Below the pieces are notes generated by a model. It had not been told where the DNA came from. It saw only the letters and a list, made by a program, of their open reading frames with translations, and ran no database searches. This document shows positions 49,847 through 61,255 of a stretch of 64,000 nucleotides of DNA, piece by piece. The position numbers were made by a program, and so were the translations under genes. This DNA is from an uncultured virus (IMG/VR IMGVR_UViG_3300025276_000002) (Duplodnaviria; Heunggongvirae; Uroviricota; Caudoviricetes): IMG/VR virus record IMGVR_UViG_3300025276_000002; one strand, given 5' to 3'. Within the stretch, counting starts at the first letter, position 1; each line of letters opens with the position of its first letter.

Positions 49847-50473
49847 GTGCAAATGTTTAACGATTTAAAAGGCAAGATAATCTTACTAAACAGTCCACCT
49901 GATTCAGGTAAAGACCTAGCAGCAACTTGGATAAAAGAGCTAACAGGTGCAAAGCATTGTGAATTTAAAAGCACATTGTTCAGTGTAGCCAAAGGTATTA
50001 CAGGGTTATCTCACGAAGATTTCTTCACTATATACAATGACCGTGACAAGAAAGAGCAACCTCAACCTGAGTTCTTCGGACTATCTCCACGAGAGATGAT
50101 GATTTGGATTTCAGAAGATGTTTGTAAACCCAAGTTTGGTAAACTATTCTTTGGAAAGGCAGCAGCTAATCAAGTAGATATTGAAAAAGGCTCTGTATTT
50201 AGTGACTCAGGCTTTCCTGATGAAGTGTTTCCAATTGCAGATAAGTATGGTGCAGAAAGTATCTATGTAGTCCGATTTAACCGTCATGGTTCTGGGTTTG
50301 GCAATGATAGTCGAGATTATCTACAACCAGAAGATTGTCCAGAAGGCGTGAACTTCATTGACTTGAAAAATGATGGAAATACAATTGAGCCATTTGTGAG
50401 GCAAATACTCCTAGATATACGTTCGATGCAGTATGACAGAGAATATTTGGAGCAAACATTCCATGCCTTGTAA
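49847..50473 (+). CDS. Deoxynucleoside monophosphate kinase
   Basis: P-loop LNSPPDSGKD, SPRE.MI..SE...KP.FG and SDSGF.DE. Confidence 0.8.
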   Translation: MQMFNDLKGKIILLNSPPDSGKDLAATWIKELTGAKHCEFKSTLFSVAKGITGLSHEDFFTIYNDRDKKEQPQPEFFGLSPREMMIWISEDVCKPKFGKLFFGKAAANQVDIEKGSVFSDSGFPDEVFPIADKYGAESIYVVRFNRHGSGFGNDSRDYLQPEDCPEGVNFIDLKNDGNTIEPFVRQILLDIRSMQYDREYLEQTFHAL

Positions 50474-51329
50474 ATCACCTCTAAAATATGTAGGTGGGAA
50501 GGGTAAACTACTTGAACACATTGTTCCATATATTCCAGAGACTACAGATGTAATCATAGAACCCTTCTGTGGGAGTGCAGCACTGTCTTTCTCACAAGAT
50601 AAACCTTTCTACTTGTCAGATATGAGTCCAGAGCTTATTAACTTCATGAAAGAGTTGCGAGACAATCCTTATAAATTGTATACAGAGGCCGTAAAGCTCT
50701 CTCAGAGCCATTCTAAGGAGTTTTATCTAGAAGCAAGGCAATGGGATAGGTCAGTAGGTTTTAACACGTCTCAGCCATACCCACGAATCCTCAGAGCTGC
50801 TCGTTACCTTTATATTGTCTACTATGGTTTCAATGGACTATATCGTGTAAATCAGAAAGGTTATTGCAACACACCTTATGGTGGTGACAATCGCAAGTAT
50901 CCTGATAATATTGAACAAATGCTCAAAGATGCTAGTATTCATCTGAATATATGGTGTAAAGGCATTTTCTGTCAAGAGTTTGATGACATGAGTCAATTAG
51001 AATCAATAATCGACTCAGGAAATGAGGCATTTGTTTTTATTGATCCTCCATATGAAGAAGGTGATAATGGCAAGAAGGTTTTTCAAGAATACACACCTAC
51101 CAAAATAGATAGTAAGTTCACAGAACGATTAGTAAGCTATCTTGACAACCTCAATGCAGCAGGTGTACCATTCTTAATGACAAACACATCTTGTAAGTAT
51201 GTCAAGGAGACTTATAATAAATGGGATATTAAAGACGTACCTGTGAACTATGTTGTAGGTGCAGATAAGGAACGGACAGGTAGTAAGTTTGAGATGTTTG
51301 TTTCAAACAGGAATAGTAATGGATCATAA
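50433..51329 (+). CDS. dam: Dam-like N6-adenine DNA methyltransferase
   Basis: KYVGGK, EPFCGS, FNGLYRVN.KG..N.PYG and DPPY. Confidence 0.9.
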   Translation: MTENIWSKHSMPCKSPLKYVGGKGKLLEHIVPYIPETTDVIIEPFCGSAALSFSQDKPFYLSDMSPELINFMKELRDNPYKLYTEAVKLSQSHSKEFYLEARQWDRSVGFNTSQPYPRILRAARYLYIVYYGFNGLYRVNQKGYCNTPYGGDNRKYPDNIEQMLKDASIHLNIWCKGIFCQEFDDMSQLESIIDSGNEAFVFIDPPYEEGDNGKKVFQEYTPTKIDSKFTERLVSYLDNLNAAGVPFLMTNTSCKYVKETYNKWDIKDVPVNYVVGADKERTGSKFEMFVSNRNSNGS

Positions 51330-51452
51330 GTTCACAAAAGACGTTTCAGATGATACAATCCGCAGAAGATTAAAACGGAGTGGATGGTCGGATAAGAAAA
51401 TATCCAGCTTCTTAAGGGGCTGGAATTTAGTTAAGAATAATAAGGAGAAATA

Positions 51453-52409
51453 ATGTCAGAACAAGAATTAGCAGTATCAGTAAAAACCCAGCAAGCAGCA
51501 TCACTATATGGCATTGCATCAGTTATCGTTGGCACAGGCAAAGCACCTGATAAGTCAACACTTAAGACAATTGTAAAACAGACACGTAAAGCAGTCCTTG
51601 CAGATCTAGGTCAGGATGCTGGCTGGGCAATTATGCGAGCTAATAAAGAGCCAATTGAACAATACTTGAAAGGTGTGAAGAATGATCCCCGATTAGATGG
51701 TATTCAAACATTTAAAATGTATCAGGCAGCAGTGGATGACTTAGCAGAGTCTTGCATGAAAGGCTACAAAGCTTTATTTTAGCAGGAGGAAGGTATGAGA
51801 GAGAAACCTCGTTCCCACTTCGGATTCATAAAGCATACTAAGCCTAAGCCTCATGTCCTGTGGGGCACTATGGCTGAGATAGCTGTACAGATAGGTGGCA
51901 ATCGTAGAAACCTCTATCTAGCTTGGAATGGCAAGCGTAATGGGTATCTTGGCTACTTTCCTATCAAGTCAGAAGAAGATATAGCTAAGTATTATCAACC
52001 ACCTAAGCCTCCACCTCCAATTAACAAAGAAGCTCTGCGAGAACAGAAGCGAGAAATGTGGAACGATTGGAAGATTACCATGTATAAAGACTGGAAAAGA
52101 GGTGAACCATATCCTCAAGAGTCAAGCAGGGTGGTTGTAGGAACTGCGTATCAGGTTCAAAAGCATATCAATATAGACAGAGCTAACATGAACAAGTTGA
52201 TAATGAGTTACGAAGGACGGACACCACCTGCTTATTCCAATATGTGGACATATAAGGGATGGAGAATTGCTAGAATACAAAAGAAAGGTGTATCAGCAGT
52301 TCCTCAGGTCAAAATATACATGACAAGGAATACAAGAGAGATTAGGAAAGAGTATCGAAGATTACGTGTTGAAGAGTACAAACAACGTAATAAGATAGGT
52401 GACTCATGA
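51453..52409 (+). CDS. Two hypothetical proteins (51453-51782; 51795-52409, basic, possibly DNA-binding)
   Basis: ORFs with RBSs; no family recognised. Confidence 0.6.
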
Positions 52410-53080
52410 GTGGATATTATACTGCTCAGGTATACTTAATAGAATGTACACACCCTGATTATTCAGATTTAAAGTATGTAGGGCTTGACACTAAGCTAGA
52501 TCCTGCTTATATGAGCTCTTCTACGGTGGTTAAATGGCATATCAATAGACTAGGCAGGGGCTATTTTACTAAATCGATTCTAGACACAGTGACGGGCTCT
52601 ATGTCAGAGATTTGTGAAGTAGAACAGAAGTATATTAAGAAGTTTGATGCAGTCCGTAATCCAGACTTCATGAACATGAGTGGTGGTAGGCAAGTGTTAT
52701 CAGCAGAGAAGATGTTGATTGATCTGGATTGGTCAATACAACCAGTAGATCACAAGGCTAAGGTGTTTATTGGAGATATAATTTCAGAGTGCTCAGAGAG
52801 TGTGAAAATGTTCACTACTCGTAGACAACTTTTATCAAGGATAGTATCCGTGGTTATCTATGGTTATCTGAAATATGACCAAACAAGCTTTGAGTATAGT
52901 CAGCATTCACACTACGGAAGCTCTAAGCCAGAAGATACACAACTGCTTCTAACAGCTTTATCAGAAAATGGTCTTCTAGAATCAGGTCTAGACCTAATAA
53001 CAATAACAGATGATTTGATTGAAAGACTAGAAGACTCAAATGTAAGACATAACCACTTCAAAGTGGTTCAACTATATTAA
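52406..53080 (+). CDS. GIY-YIG (Seg-like) domain protein
   Basis: VYLIE...KYVG...YMSSS...F.K.IL...E..YI...FMN. Confidence 0.6.
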   Translation: MSGYYTAQVYLIECTHPDYSDLKYVGLDTKLDPAYMSSSTVVKWHINRLGRGYFTKSILDTVTGSMSEICEVEQKYIKKFDAVRNPDFMNMSGGRQVLSAEKMLIDLDWSIQPVDHKAKVFIGDIISECSESVKMFTTRRQLLSRIVSVVIYGYLKYDQTSFEYSQHSHYGSSKPEDTQLLLTALSENGLLESGLDLITITDDLIERLEDSNVRHNHFKVVQLY

Positions 53081-53091
53081 CAGGAGATAAG

Positions 53092-53553
53092 ATGACAAAA
53101 ACAACTAAAATAGGTAATGTAGAGAAAGAGTATAAAGGTCAAAAGTTTAATCCTTACAAAGCACTGGATTATATCTATGACTATTGCCTATGCCACGGTA
53201 CAGGAGCTGTGATTACAGTAGTAGGTTATGGTGAATTCTTTGGTGAGAAGATACTGCCAGCTCTGCACCACGTACAGCGTGACCGTGGCTTGCTGAAAGG
53301 ACGTATGAACCATGTAGAGTACAATCCTATTACAAATGAAGTAGAAACCCATACAGGTGCTGTGATTAGCTTTGTAGGGATGTCTGATTTGGACAGTAAC
53401 TCAGAAAAACTAACAAAGATTTGCAATGAGTCTAAAGTTGTGGCACTATGCTCTGAATACAATGAAGCTATCTTAAAAACGATTATTAAAGATCGTGCTA
53501 GTAATGTACTTATTTATGACTTCAGTGACAATAATAAAGAAATTGAAAAATAA
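53092..53553 (+). CDS. Hypothetical protein resembling part of a terminase ATPase domain
   Basis: By-eye similarity to this phage's TerL between Walker A and Walker B; see findings. Confidence 0.4.
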   Translation: MTKTTKIGNVEKEYKGQKFNPYKALDYIYDYCLCHGTGAVITVVGYGEFFGEKILPALHHVQRDRGLLKGRMNHVEYNPITNEVETHTGAVISFVGMSDLDSNSEKLTKICNESKVVALCSEYNEAILKTIIKDRASNVLIYDFSDNNKEIEK

Positions 53554-53556
53554 TTG

Positions 53557-53585
53557 TTGACACATAAGTCCTGTTAGGTAATAAT
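53557..53585 (+). promoter_or_regulatory. Putative sigma70 promoter
   Basis: TTGACA-17 nt-AATAAT in an intergenic gap. Confidence 0.5.
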
Positions 53586-53648
53586 CAATTGGTAGCCAGA
53601 TAATTATGTCTGTCTACCTATTTTTCGTAATAAAACAAAGGAGGGCTT

Positions 53649-54809
53649 ATGAGCCAAATTAACTGTGAAATGGTGATGCAATATTTACCTGTATACGTGG
53701 CAATTCTGATGATTGTGCTTGCTATCTTTATCATCAAGTATGTTTCCAAAGAGCCAGATGAGCAAGTGGTTGAAAAAGGACTGGAAGAGCAAGATATAGA
53801 AGATTCTCGATACGTATTTAAAAAGCCAAGTCGATCTAAAAATGACACCAACCGATTTGCACGTTGGAAGCTTCTAAAGTACAATGGAAAGGAGAAAGTT
53901 GTTGTGGGATATCTTTCTAACATTCTTGAAAACCACACTGATGTGAAGCGATACAAGGAGATTAAATAATGATTAATATATTAATTTCAGTAAGCATTGC
54001 ATACATACTGTATGGTGCAAATCTTGAATACCTTAATTATGGTGTGGGCAAGAAGTTCCGATTAATGACGCTATTAGACTGGCCTTGGCTGATTTATACA
54101 AAAGAGGTAACTACAGTATGATTGGGGTTTATTTGTCATTTGTTGCACTAAATATAGCCTGTATTGTTTTGATGTTTAAGAAGGATTCAAAAGACTATGG
54201 ACGGACATTGATTGATCAGGTGGTGTATGAATACACACGTAGTCACGCTATTATAAAACTATGTGTGCTAGGTATAACATTTGTCCCCCTCTCTGGAGTT
54301 TATATTTTCTTAAAATATGTATCAGAGGACTGACATGGAAAGTATAGGATGGCCTTGGAAGCAAGGACTTATGGATTGTATGGATATGATACAGCAGCAT
54401 AAGGGAGGTGAGGAGGTTGGATATAAAGCTGCTTATCATACACTTCATGGTACTGGTGAGTTGATCTGCCCACGTTACCGAGAAGGTTGGGCAGATGGTT
54501 TAGAACATTATAAGTATTTGGAGGGAGAATTCGATGAGCAGTGAATCATTAGAAGAGTTAAAGGCGATAATTGATAATGCTCCAGAGGGTGCGACACATT
54601 TAGATGACATTAATACATACTGGAAAGTTATCAGTGAATTTGATTATTATTTTCACAATGGTAGTCAGTGGGATGATTCAGAGCCGTTAGAAAATGGTAC
54701 ACGATCGTTATCAGACATAGAGAGAATTATTGAATTAATTGAACAGGTAGAATCTTTGGAAGAGAGGTTACAAGAGGAATTATGGAGAAGTGGAGCAGAT
54801 TATGAGTGA
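53649..54809 (+). CDS. Cluster of small hypothetical ORFs (53649-53969 and 54085-54333 membrane-associated; 54317-54544; 54534-54809)
   Basis: Densely packed co-directional ORFs; the last has a NAPEGATH motif. Confidence 0.55.
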
Positions 54810-55050
54810 AATTACAGTATATGGTTTTACAGTAGGATGTAAGTATTGCGACATTGCCAAAAATACATTAGTAGACCGTGGTGTTGACTTTAAATTTGTA
54901 GATGTCCGAGAAGATATTAATGCTCTTGCACTTTTTAAGCAAGTACACAACACTGTCCCCCAGATCTATGAAGATGGTAAGTGCATGGGAGGTTCTGAAG
55001 CTGCAGAGTTTGTAGGTGCAGAAGATTATGGAGATTTATCACTTGACTGA
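54802..55050 (+). CDS. Glutaredoxin
   Basis: CKYC, TVPQI and GG; probable start MSEITVYG. Confidence 0.88.
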   Translation: MSEITVYGFTVGCKYCDIAKNTLVDRGVDFKFVDVREDINALALFKQVHNTVPQIYEDGKCMGGSEAAEFVGAEDYGDLSLD

Positions 55051-55327
55051 AACAGTGCATTGTGTAAAGATACTTCCTGACAACTTTGAAGATGTACTGT
55101 CTAAGAAGATGTCTTTTCAAATTAGAAAATATGACAGGGATTACAAAGTAAACGACTTTCTTTATCTTAAAGAGTTTGAAGAAGGTTATACTGGAAGATC
55201 AACACCTGTCAAGATTAATCATATCTTGAAGGAGAGTGATGGACTGAAGGAGGGTTACATCCTTCTCAATATCAAGGTGGTAGGTTTGTTAATAAGAGAT
55301 GGTAAACGTTATTCACAGAAACTCTAA
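55028..55327 (+). CDS. ASCH/DUF3850-like protein
   Basis: H.VKILP..F..V....K.SFQIRK.DRDYKV.D.L.LKEF...YTGR. Confidence 0.75.
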   Translation: MEIYHLTETVHCVKILPDNFEDVLSKKMSFQIRKYDRDYKVNDFLYLKEFEEGYTGRSTPVKINHILKESDGLKEGYILLNIKVVGLLIRDGKRYSQKL

Positions 55328-56485
55328 ACAGGAGAAACATATGCAAACTCACGGACTATCTAAAGACGATTACAGACAACTAGTGGCAGAGTGTATATAT
55401 TTGCTGAAAGGTTGGCACTATGGACAAGGTATGCTGGTTACAAAAGGCGAAGGTATTTGTCATAATATCTGGAGAATGACAAGCTTTAATGCACCAACAC
55501 CCTTTAAGGATCAGCTAATGTACTTGATGACTCAGTGGCCTGACTTTTCAGGTGATGAGTTGTTCCCTGTTCCGCCAACTCCAGAGACTCTGGTAAGTGA
55601 TCCTATGGATGCGTACCTTTGTGTTACAAATGAGTGGGCAGGAGAATATGGAAAGAAACGAAGAGAGCTATGCTTATACTTGGCTGAGAGATTAGAGGGG
55701 AATTTATAGTGAAGATAATTACCAAAGATGGAGGGTCAGTTGAACTCTCAAGTGGAATGTCTGAACAGTTTATGATAGAAGTTTCTCAAATAACCCATGA
55801 TGAAGAAGACGTTTCAGCAGCTGTACAAATGACAAACTTTCAAGGATATGAACTGGCAATGAAGATACTTAATCATTTAGAAATTAGTAAAAGATAATAG
55901 GAGAAGTTATAATGCAAATACCAGAATCAAAGATTAAAGAGTTTATTCAACGTTGCTATGATGAAAAGGGTTACAATCGTCAGAGTCTAATAAATGATGT
56001 CGCTTTTAAAATAAATGAAGGAGTGCATAGTTCAGCAGAGGCTGAAATCCTTCCACATGTGTATAATTACCTACAAAATAACCAATAGGCAGGTAATGCT
56101 TGAATAACTGCCCATTACAGAGGGGGGGACAGATTATGGATTCACAGAGACAAGCCAGAATTCAAAAAGACATGCAATCATTCAATTTAAAAAGGAAGGA
56201 GAAAATGGAAAAACTAGAAGATACTTTATCAGAAGTTACATATATTTTACAGTCAGACGTAGATACTAAAGTAGAAGACGCTTTAAGAGTTTTATTAAAA
56301 GATTAATGATGGATATTTCAATCAAATGTTGTAATCAGTTCGGAGAGCGTCATGAAATACAAGAATACATAGACAAGCTTGAAGCAGCTCTCAAGAATAT
56401 AGCTGAGAGCTCTGCACGTCACGCAGAAACGCTTAAACGTATTGCACATGATACATTGTACCCTGAAAGTGAGAAAACGCCTTAG
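55299..56485 (+). CDS. Cluster of small hypothetical ORFs
   Basis: 55299-55709, 55709-55897, about 55912-56088, 56100-56306 and about 56306-56485. Confidence 0.5.
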
Positions 56486-56515
56486 AATGCTTCCCAAGAG
56501 CTTCTAGGGCTTTTT
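56479..56515 (+). terminator. Intrinsic terminator
   Basis: GCCTTAGAA...TTCTAGGGC followed by TTTTT. Confidence 0.7.
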
Positions 56516-56536
56516 GGTTTAATGTGGAAATAGTTG

Positions 56537-56565
56537 TTGACAAATGATCCACAGGTAACTAAGAT
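56537..56565 (+). promoter_or_regulatory. sigma70 promoter
   Basis: TTGACA-17 nt-TAAGAT directly after a terminator. Confidence 0.75.
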
Positions 56566-56595
56566 GTAGGTATTGAAATTAAAGAGGAGAACAAT

Positions 56596-59060
56596 ATGAA
56601 TTGGATTGAGAATAAATATAAAAACCACTTAGGGTACATACCTAATATGAAGACAGATGGTTCACAGGAGTGGAGTATGCTGGAGGTGTTTGGTAAACCC
56701 CCTCCCTACACACAAGAGGAGTTTTCTAAATTATGTCCAAGGACAAGGCTGGCAGGTAATTGTATAGAGGGTAGTTCATTCTGCTCTATCTGTGGAACAT
56801 TGGCGCCAAGTGTACCGATGTCACACCATAAAGATTGTGATTTATTTATTGATAAGGAAGATCACTATCCTACAGTAGAGGAAACTTGGTGGTTGGGTGT
56901 TTGTCCTGATTGTAAAGTTAACGACTTTCCAACACTGAGTATTGACAGTTGTTCGGAATTAGGTTTGTCGGAAATTTCTTGCTCTGAATGTGGATTCAAA
57001 TACCAGAAGAGTTGCTGTGAAGAAGATCTAGTAGGAATGTTTAAATCTTTGATAAAATAAATCGGCTAAAAACTAGGAGTAGAGATAATGACAGCTAAGT
57101 TTACAAAAGGTGATTGGAAACTCTGCTATCAGAGGCGAGAGGAGAACAATATGTTTAAAGACTTTGATTACCACAAATGCGAAAGTCTAATCAGAATAAA
57201 AGAAGAGATGAAAGTGTTCAAGGATATAAAAATTGAATCCGCTGAAGAGGCCTTATATTTATCTACAAAACTTCCAAGTGTATCTCCTAGTGACTTCTTA
57301 GAGGAGATGCTAAAGTATTGGGATGACACTCAAGTGCCACTTCTTGAAGACAAACAAGATAGATTTGTGATGGCGCAAATACATTCTATGGTTTTGAAGA
57401 CTTATACTAAATATCTAATGGCAGAAGCTTTACAATCTAAGCTATGGAGATACTGGTCAGACACTAAGTGGGAATTTGCAAAAGAATTCTGTGAATCACT
57501 TATCTCATCAGGAAGACTTGATATGTCATATGAAGATCTTCGATCAAGAGATCCTCAAAGAGTTGCATTTGATGTGTGTTTAGGGTACTCTAGGGCTTCA
57601 GAATACTTAAGAATTGGTTTTATAGGTTTAGATTTAGAAACAATCCAAAGAGCAGCATCTGCCGCTTGTTGTAATTTTGAAATAACTCAAGAACAAGATC
57701 ACGAGGACAGATACTATACGGAAGGTATGGTAGAGTTTTTAGAAAAGATTAGATGTAGACTTGGACGCAGGACTTTAATTTAAGAAGGAGAACAAAATGA
57801 TAAGCACAGCATTAAAACAACTAATTGATGATATATACAGGCAGCTCGATATTGCAATAGACACTCTTTACCGTTTTGATATTTATAAGGACCGTATAGA
57901 AAGAAGAATGACTCACGGAGAATTGGCAATAAATGCTTTAAACCTAAACCGTAGAGGTGATTATAAAGACTTCATAGTCAACCTTTATATAGATAGGGAT
58001 TACTTTTTCAGAGAAGTGATGCAGGGATCTTATGGGCCCGTTGATCCTCTTTCCCATGAGATTCTGGAAAAGAATAATGTAATGGGAGAGCCTATTGTGT
58101 TAACATTTAATCGATGTGGAGAAAATGATCAACCTCCATACAAAATATTTATCACTATGAAAGGAGAAGAATAATGTTAAAGAATCCACAGACTGAAGAA
58201 CAGATGATAGTAGAAGAAGGTGCTGAGTTTAGAGTAGGGCATATGTATTACAAACATATAAATGGAAGAATATATCGTGCCAGAAAGTCATGTCCAGAGT
58301 GGGTGGTTGCCTACCATAATAGTAAATTTGACTATGAGAGTCTAACTGGCTTTGTAGATCTCAGAACGGAAGTAAAAGAGGAAAAGAATAGCAACATGAA
58401 AAATGAATTATACGCATCACTAGAATTGCAAATCACAATGGCTCAAGACTATGCTGAGTGGTTGAAGCAGGAAACTAAGCGTAATGATGAGCTTTTAAAC
58501 GCACACAGCACAGCCCTAAGACGTTTAAATGGTTTAATGGTACAATCACCCTCTGAAGAAGAGAACGTTGATTCTGGTCGAGAAGAAGAGCTTCCTGATG
58601 GGCTAAAATGGGAAGATGCACCTGAGTGGGCAATGTTCCTAGCTAAAGACAAGGATGAGGGTGGCAGGGAACTTATATGGTGTGATTCTCAATCCTACGA
58701 GTATGTCGACTTTTCTAACAAGTTCACATTCCATAGTACTAGTCGATTCGATGGACTAAGTAGCGTAGATGTTATTGCAACACGACCAGAGGAGGTTTAA
58801 TTATGAAAACTATGAATGATTTTCTGTTTAAATATAGAAATGGATATTACCTAGTGCAGGAAAAATGTGTGTCAGAGGAAACAGGTGATGAGTATTTTAA
58901 AGAGGCCAAGACTTATCCAACTAAAGCTAAAGCTAAGGCATCAATTGCTAAATATGGATTGCCTGAGAGCGAGATTGATGCAGCATATCAAGAGTCTTAC
59001 TTAAAAACTTGTATGAAGAAAGCTAAACCTGATCATTTTAAGAAGGAGTGTGAATTGTGA
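56596..59060 (+). CDS. Five hypothetical ORFs (56596-57060 Cys-rich Zn-ribbon; 57088/57151-57783; 57797-58174; 58174-58800; 58803-59060)
   Basis: Each has a GGAG-type RBS; three CxxC pairs in the first. Confidence 0.65.
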
Positions 59061-59889
59061 TGGAAAAGAAAACATTATACTGTGTGAACAAATCAGGTGG
59101 AGTACAAAGATGAGCAGGTTAGTAAAGTATGCTGGAGTATTAAAAGAAGGGTTGGTGTTGGAGAGTAATAATTATGGAACTTTTGAGGTTGCAAAGTACG
59201 TTAATTCTAGTCAAGTCACAATTAAGTTCTTAAAAACAGGCTTTTGTTTAGTGACAAATTCCTCTACTGCAAGGAGGGGCAATGTAGCTGATAAGTACTA
59301 TCCAAGATATTGGGGCAAAGGTTACTTAGGAGAGGGAGAGTACCATCAAAAGCTGCACAAGGAAAGCTATAACTCTTGGAAATGGATGTTAGGCCGATGT
59401 TACAATGAAAAGAGCAACAGATATAGTAGGTATGGTGGAAGAGGGGTTGTTGTCTGCAAAGATTGGCTAAATTTTCAAAAATATTCTAAATGGTATTACG
59501 AAAATTTACCAAAAAGTAGTAATATTAAATTTAATGTTGATAAAGATATATTAAAACATAACAACAAAGTCTACTGTCCAGAATACTGTTGCATGATTCC
59601 TCAGAGAATGAATGCTGCTTTGGTCACTAATAGTTCTAAAAGAGGGAAATATCCAACAGGTGTGAGCAGTTCTTGCAAGAAGTTTGCAGCCTATTGCAGA
59701 GGATCAACTGAATACCCTCAAGGATATTTAGGGTGCTTTGCTACAGTAGAGGATGCATTTTCAGCCTATAAGGAGGAAAAGAGGAGAGTGCTTAAAGGGT
59801 TGGCAGAAGAATATTATGGCCTAGGAGTGATCTCAGAAAAGATTAGGAAGATATACTCTGAATATCCTATATTAGAGTTTCCAGAGTAG
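59050..59889 (+). CDS. Free-standing HNH-family homing endonuclease with AP2-like C-terminus
   Basis: W..ML.RCY...YGGRGV.VC.DW..FQ...DKDIL...YCPEYC...N...PTGV...YLG.F.T.E.AF.AY. Confidence 0.8.
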   Translation: MNCDGKENIILCEQIRWSTKMSRLVKYAGVLKEGLVLESNNYGTFEVAKYVNSSQVTIKFLKTGFCLVTNSSTARRGNVADKYYPRYWGKGYLGEGEYHQKLHKESYNSWKWMLGRCYNEKSNRYSRYGGRGVVVCKDWLNFQKYSKWYYENLPKSSNIKFNVDKDILKHNNKVYCPEYCCMIPQRMNAALVTNSSKRGKYPTGVSSSCKKFAAYCRGSTEYPQGYLGCFATVEDAFSAYKEEKRRVLKGLAEEYYGLGVISEKIRKIYSEYPILEFPE

Positions 59890-59975
59890 GATGAGGGTTG
59901 TTCCTACATTTGCACGAGGACTTCATTTCCGTGAATGTGATTCACAAGGTAATCCAATGGAGTAGTAAATAATAG

Positions 59976-60019
59976 TTGACTTATGGATTCAAGGTGCTAA
60001 TATCTGATCCATAAGTCAA
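59976..60019 (+). promoter_or_regulatory. sigma70 promoter inside a 13-bp inverted repeat
   Basis: TTGACT-16 nt-TAATAT with extended TG; TTGACTTATGGAT...ATCCATAAGTCAA. Confidence 0.6.
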
Positions 60020-60046
60020 TATCAATTAACTTGAGGAGGATTTAGT

Positions 60047-60280
60047 ATGAATTTAGACAAGTTAGAAGTAATACAACGTTTCTGTGAATTATCATCCAAT
60101 GTTGGGATGGTTAAGTTTAAACATCAAATCCCACATGATTGCTTTTGTGGAGATAATAACATTACTCAAGGTAGCTTTCAATTTGGTGAGGAAGTTTTAG
60201 AATTTATAACAGATGCGGTTAATGAGAAATTGAAAGGAGATTGTTTTGATAAATTTAACCAAAGCACAGAAAATCCTTAA
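60047..60280 (+). CDS. Small DCFC-motif protein, paralogue 1
   Basis: Colinear similarity to 61256-61459. Confidence 0.75.
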   Translation: MNLDKLEVIQRFCELSSNVGMVKFKHQIPHDCFCGDNNITQGSFQFGEEVLEFITDAVNEKLKGDCFDKFNQSTENP

Positions 60281-60759
60281 CAGGAAGATACAAAGATCAG
60301 AATCAGAGGTTGAGAAATACAAAGAGTATAATAGTAAAGACCACACATTTCATGGCGGTTGGTCAAAAGGCTATGCTGATGGTAGACTTTCTGCATTACA
60401 AGATATCGAAGATATGATTGAGGAGGGCCTATTAAATGGATAAGGTTTCTGCTATTGAGATAGTTGAAGGCTACTACAAAGCTATGCTTGATAGATACAT
60501 TAGAGAAGAGTATGGTACATCTAAGGAGAAGTGCGAGTTATATGGGTTGCTCAAGGGTTATAAAAGTGCATTAGGTATCATGAGGAGTATTAAATGAAAA
60601 TGAGAGAGCACGAGTATGCATCTCCTTACGTATTTAAAGAGCGTAGAAGTGTTGCAGATAACCTCCGTATTGAGATCATGGCAGACAAACACAACATACC
60701 TATTTGGAAGGTAGAAAAGTTGTTAGAAGATTCTAATTTAAATAAGAAAGGAGAAAATA

Positions 60760-61254
60760 ATGAGCATTAAGATTGTCAAAGGTTGTATGATTGAGAGTAT
60801 GATAAACAAAGAACTTCAAGCATATGCACACCAAGCTAATTGCTTTTGCACTATGGGAAGAGGTCTTGCTCCCTTGTTAGTAGAAGCTAATCCAGAAATC
60901 TCAAAGGTAGATAAAGAGACAGAGAAAGGCTGTCCTTACAAACTAGGTAAATTCTCTGTGACAACAGATAAGACAAAGCCACTAGTCTACAATATCTATG
61001 GACAGTTTCACTGGAATAAATTTAAGATCGATGGAAGACGTAATACCGATTACAACGCATTAGAAAGCGCCCTAGAACTTGCATTTGAAGATATGTGGAA
61101 TAAGAATATTAAAGCGCTGGGCGTTCCTCTGATTGGATGTGGACTGGCAGGTGGTGATTGGGAGATTGTCAAAGAGATGCTGCATTGTCTGTCTTCATGG
61201 TATCAGATTGATGTGACTGTGTTTGTGCTAGACGATAAGTATTTGGAGGGTTGA
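60760..61254 (+). CDS. Macrodomain protein (ADP-ribose processing)
   Basis: HQANCF.TMGRGLA, NIYGQ, TDY.AL and PLIGCGLAGGDW. Confidence 0.9.
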   Translation: MSIKIVKGCMIESMINKELQAYAHQANCFCTMGRGLAPLLVEANPEISKVDKETEKGCPYKLGKFSVTTDKTKPLVYNIYGQFHWNKFKIDGRRNTDYNALESALELAFEDMWNKNIKALGVPLIGCGLAGGDWEIVKEMLHCLSSWYQIDVTVFVLDDKYLEG

Positions 61255-61255
61255 G

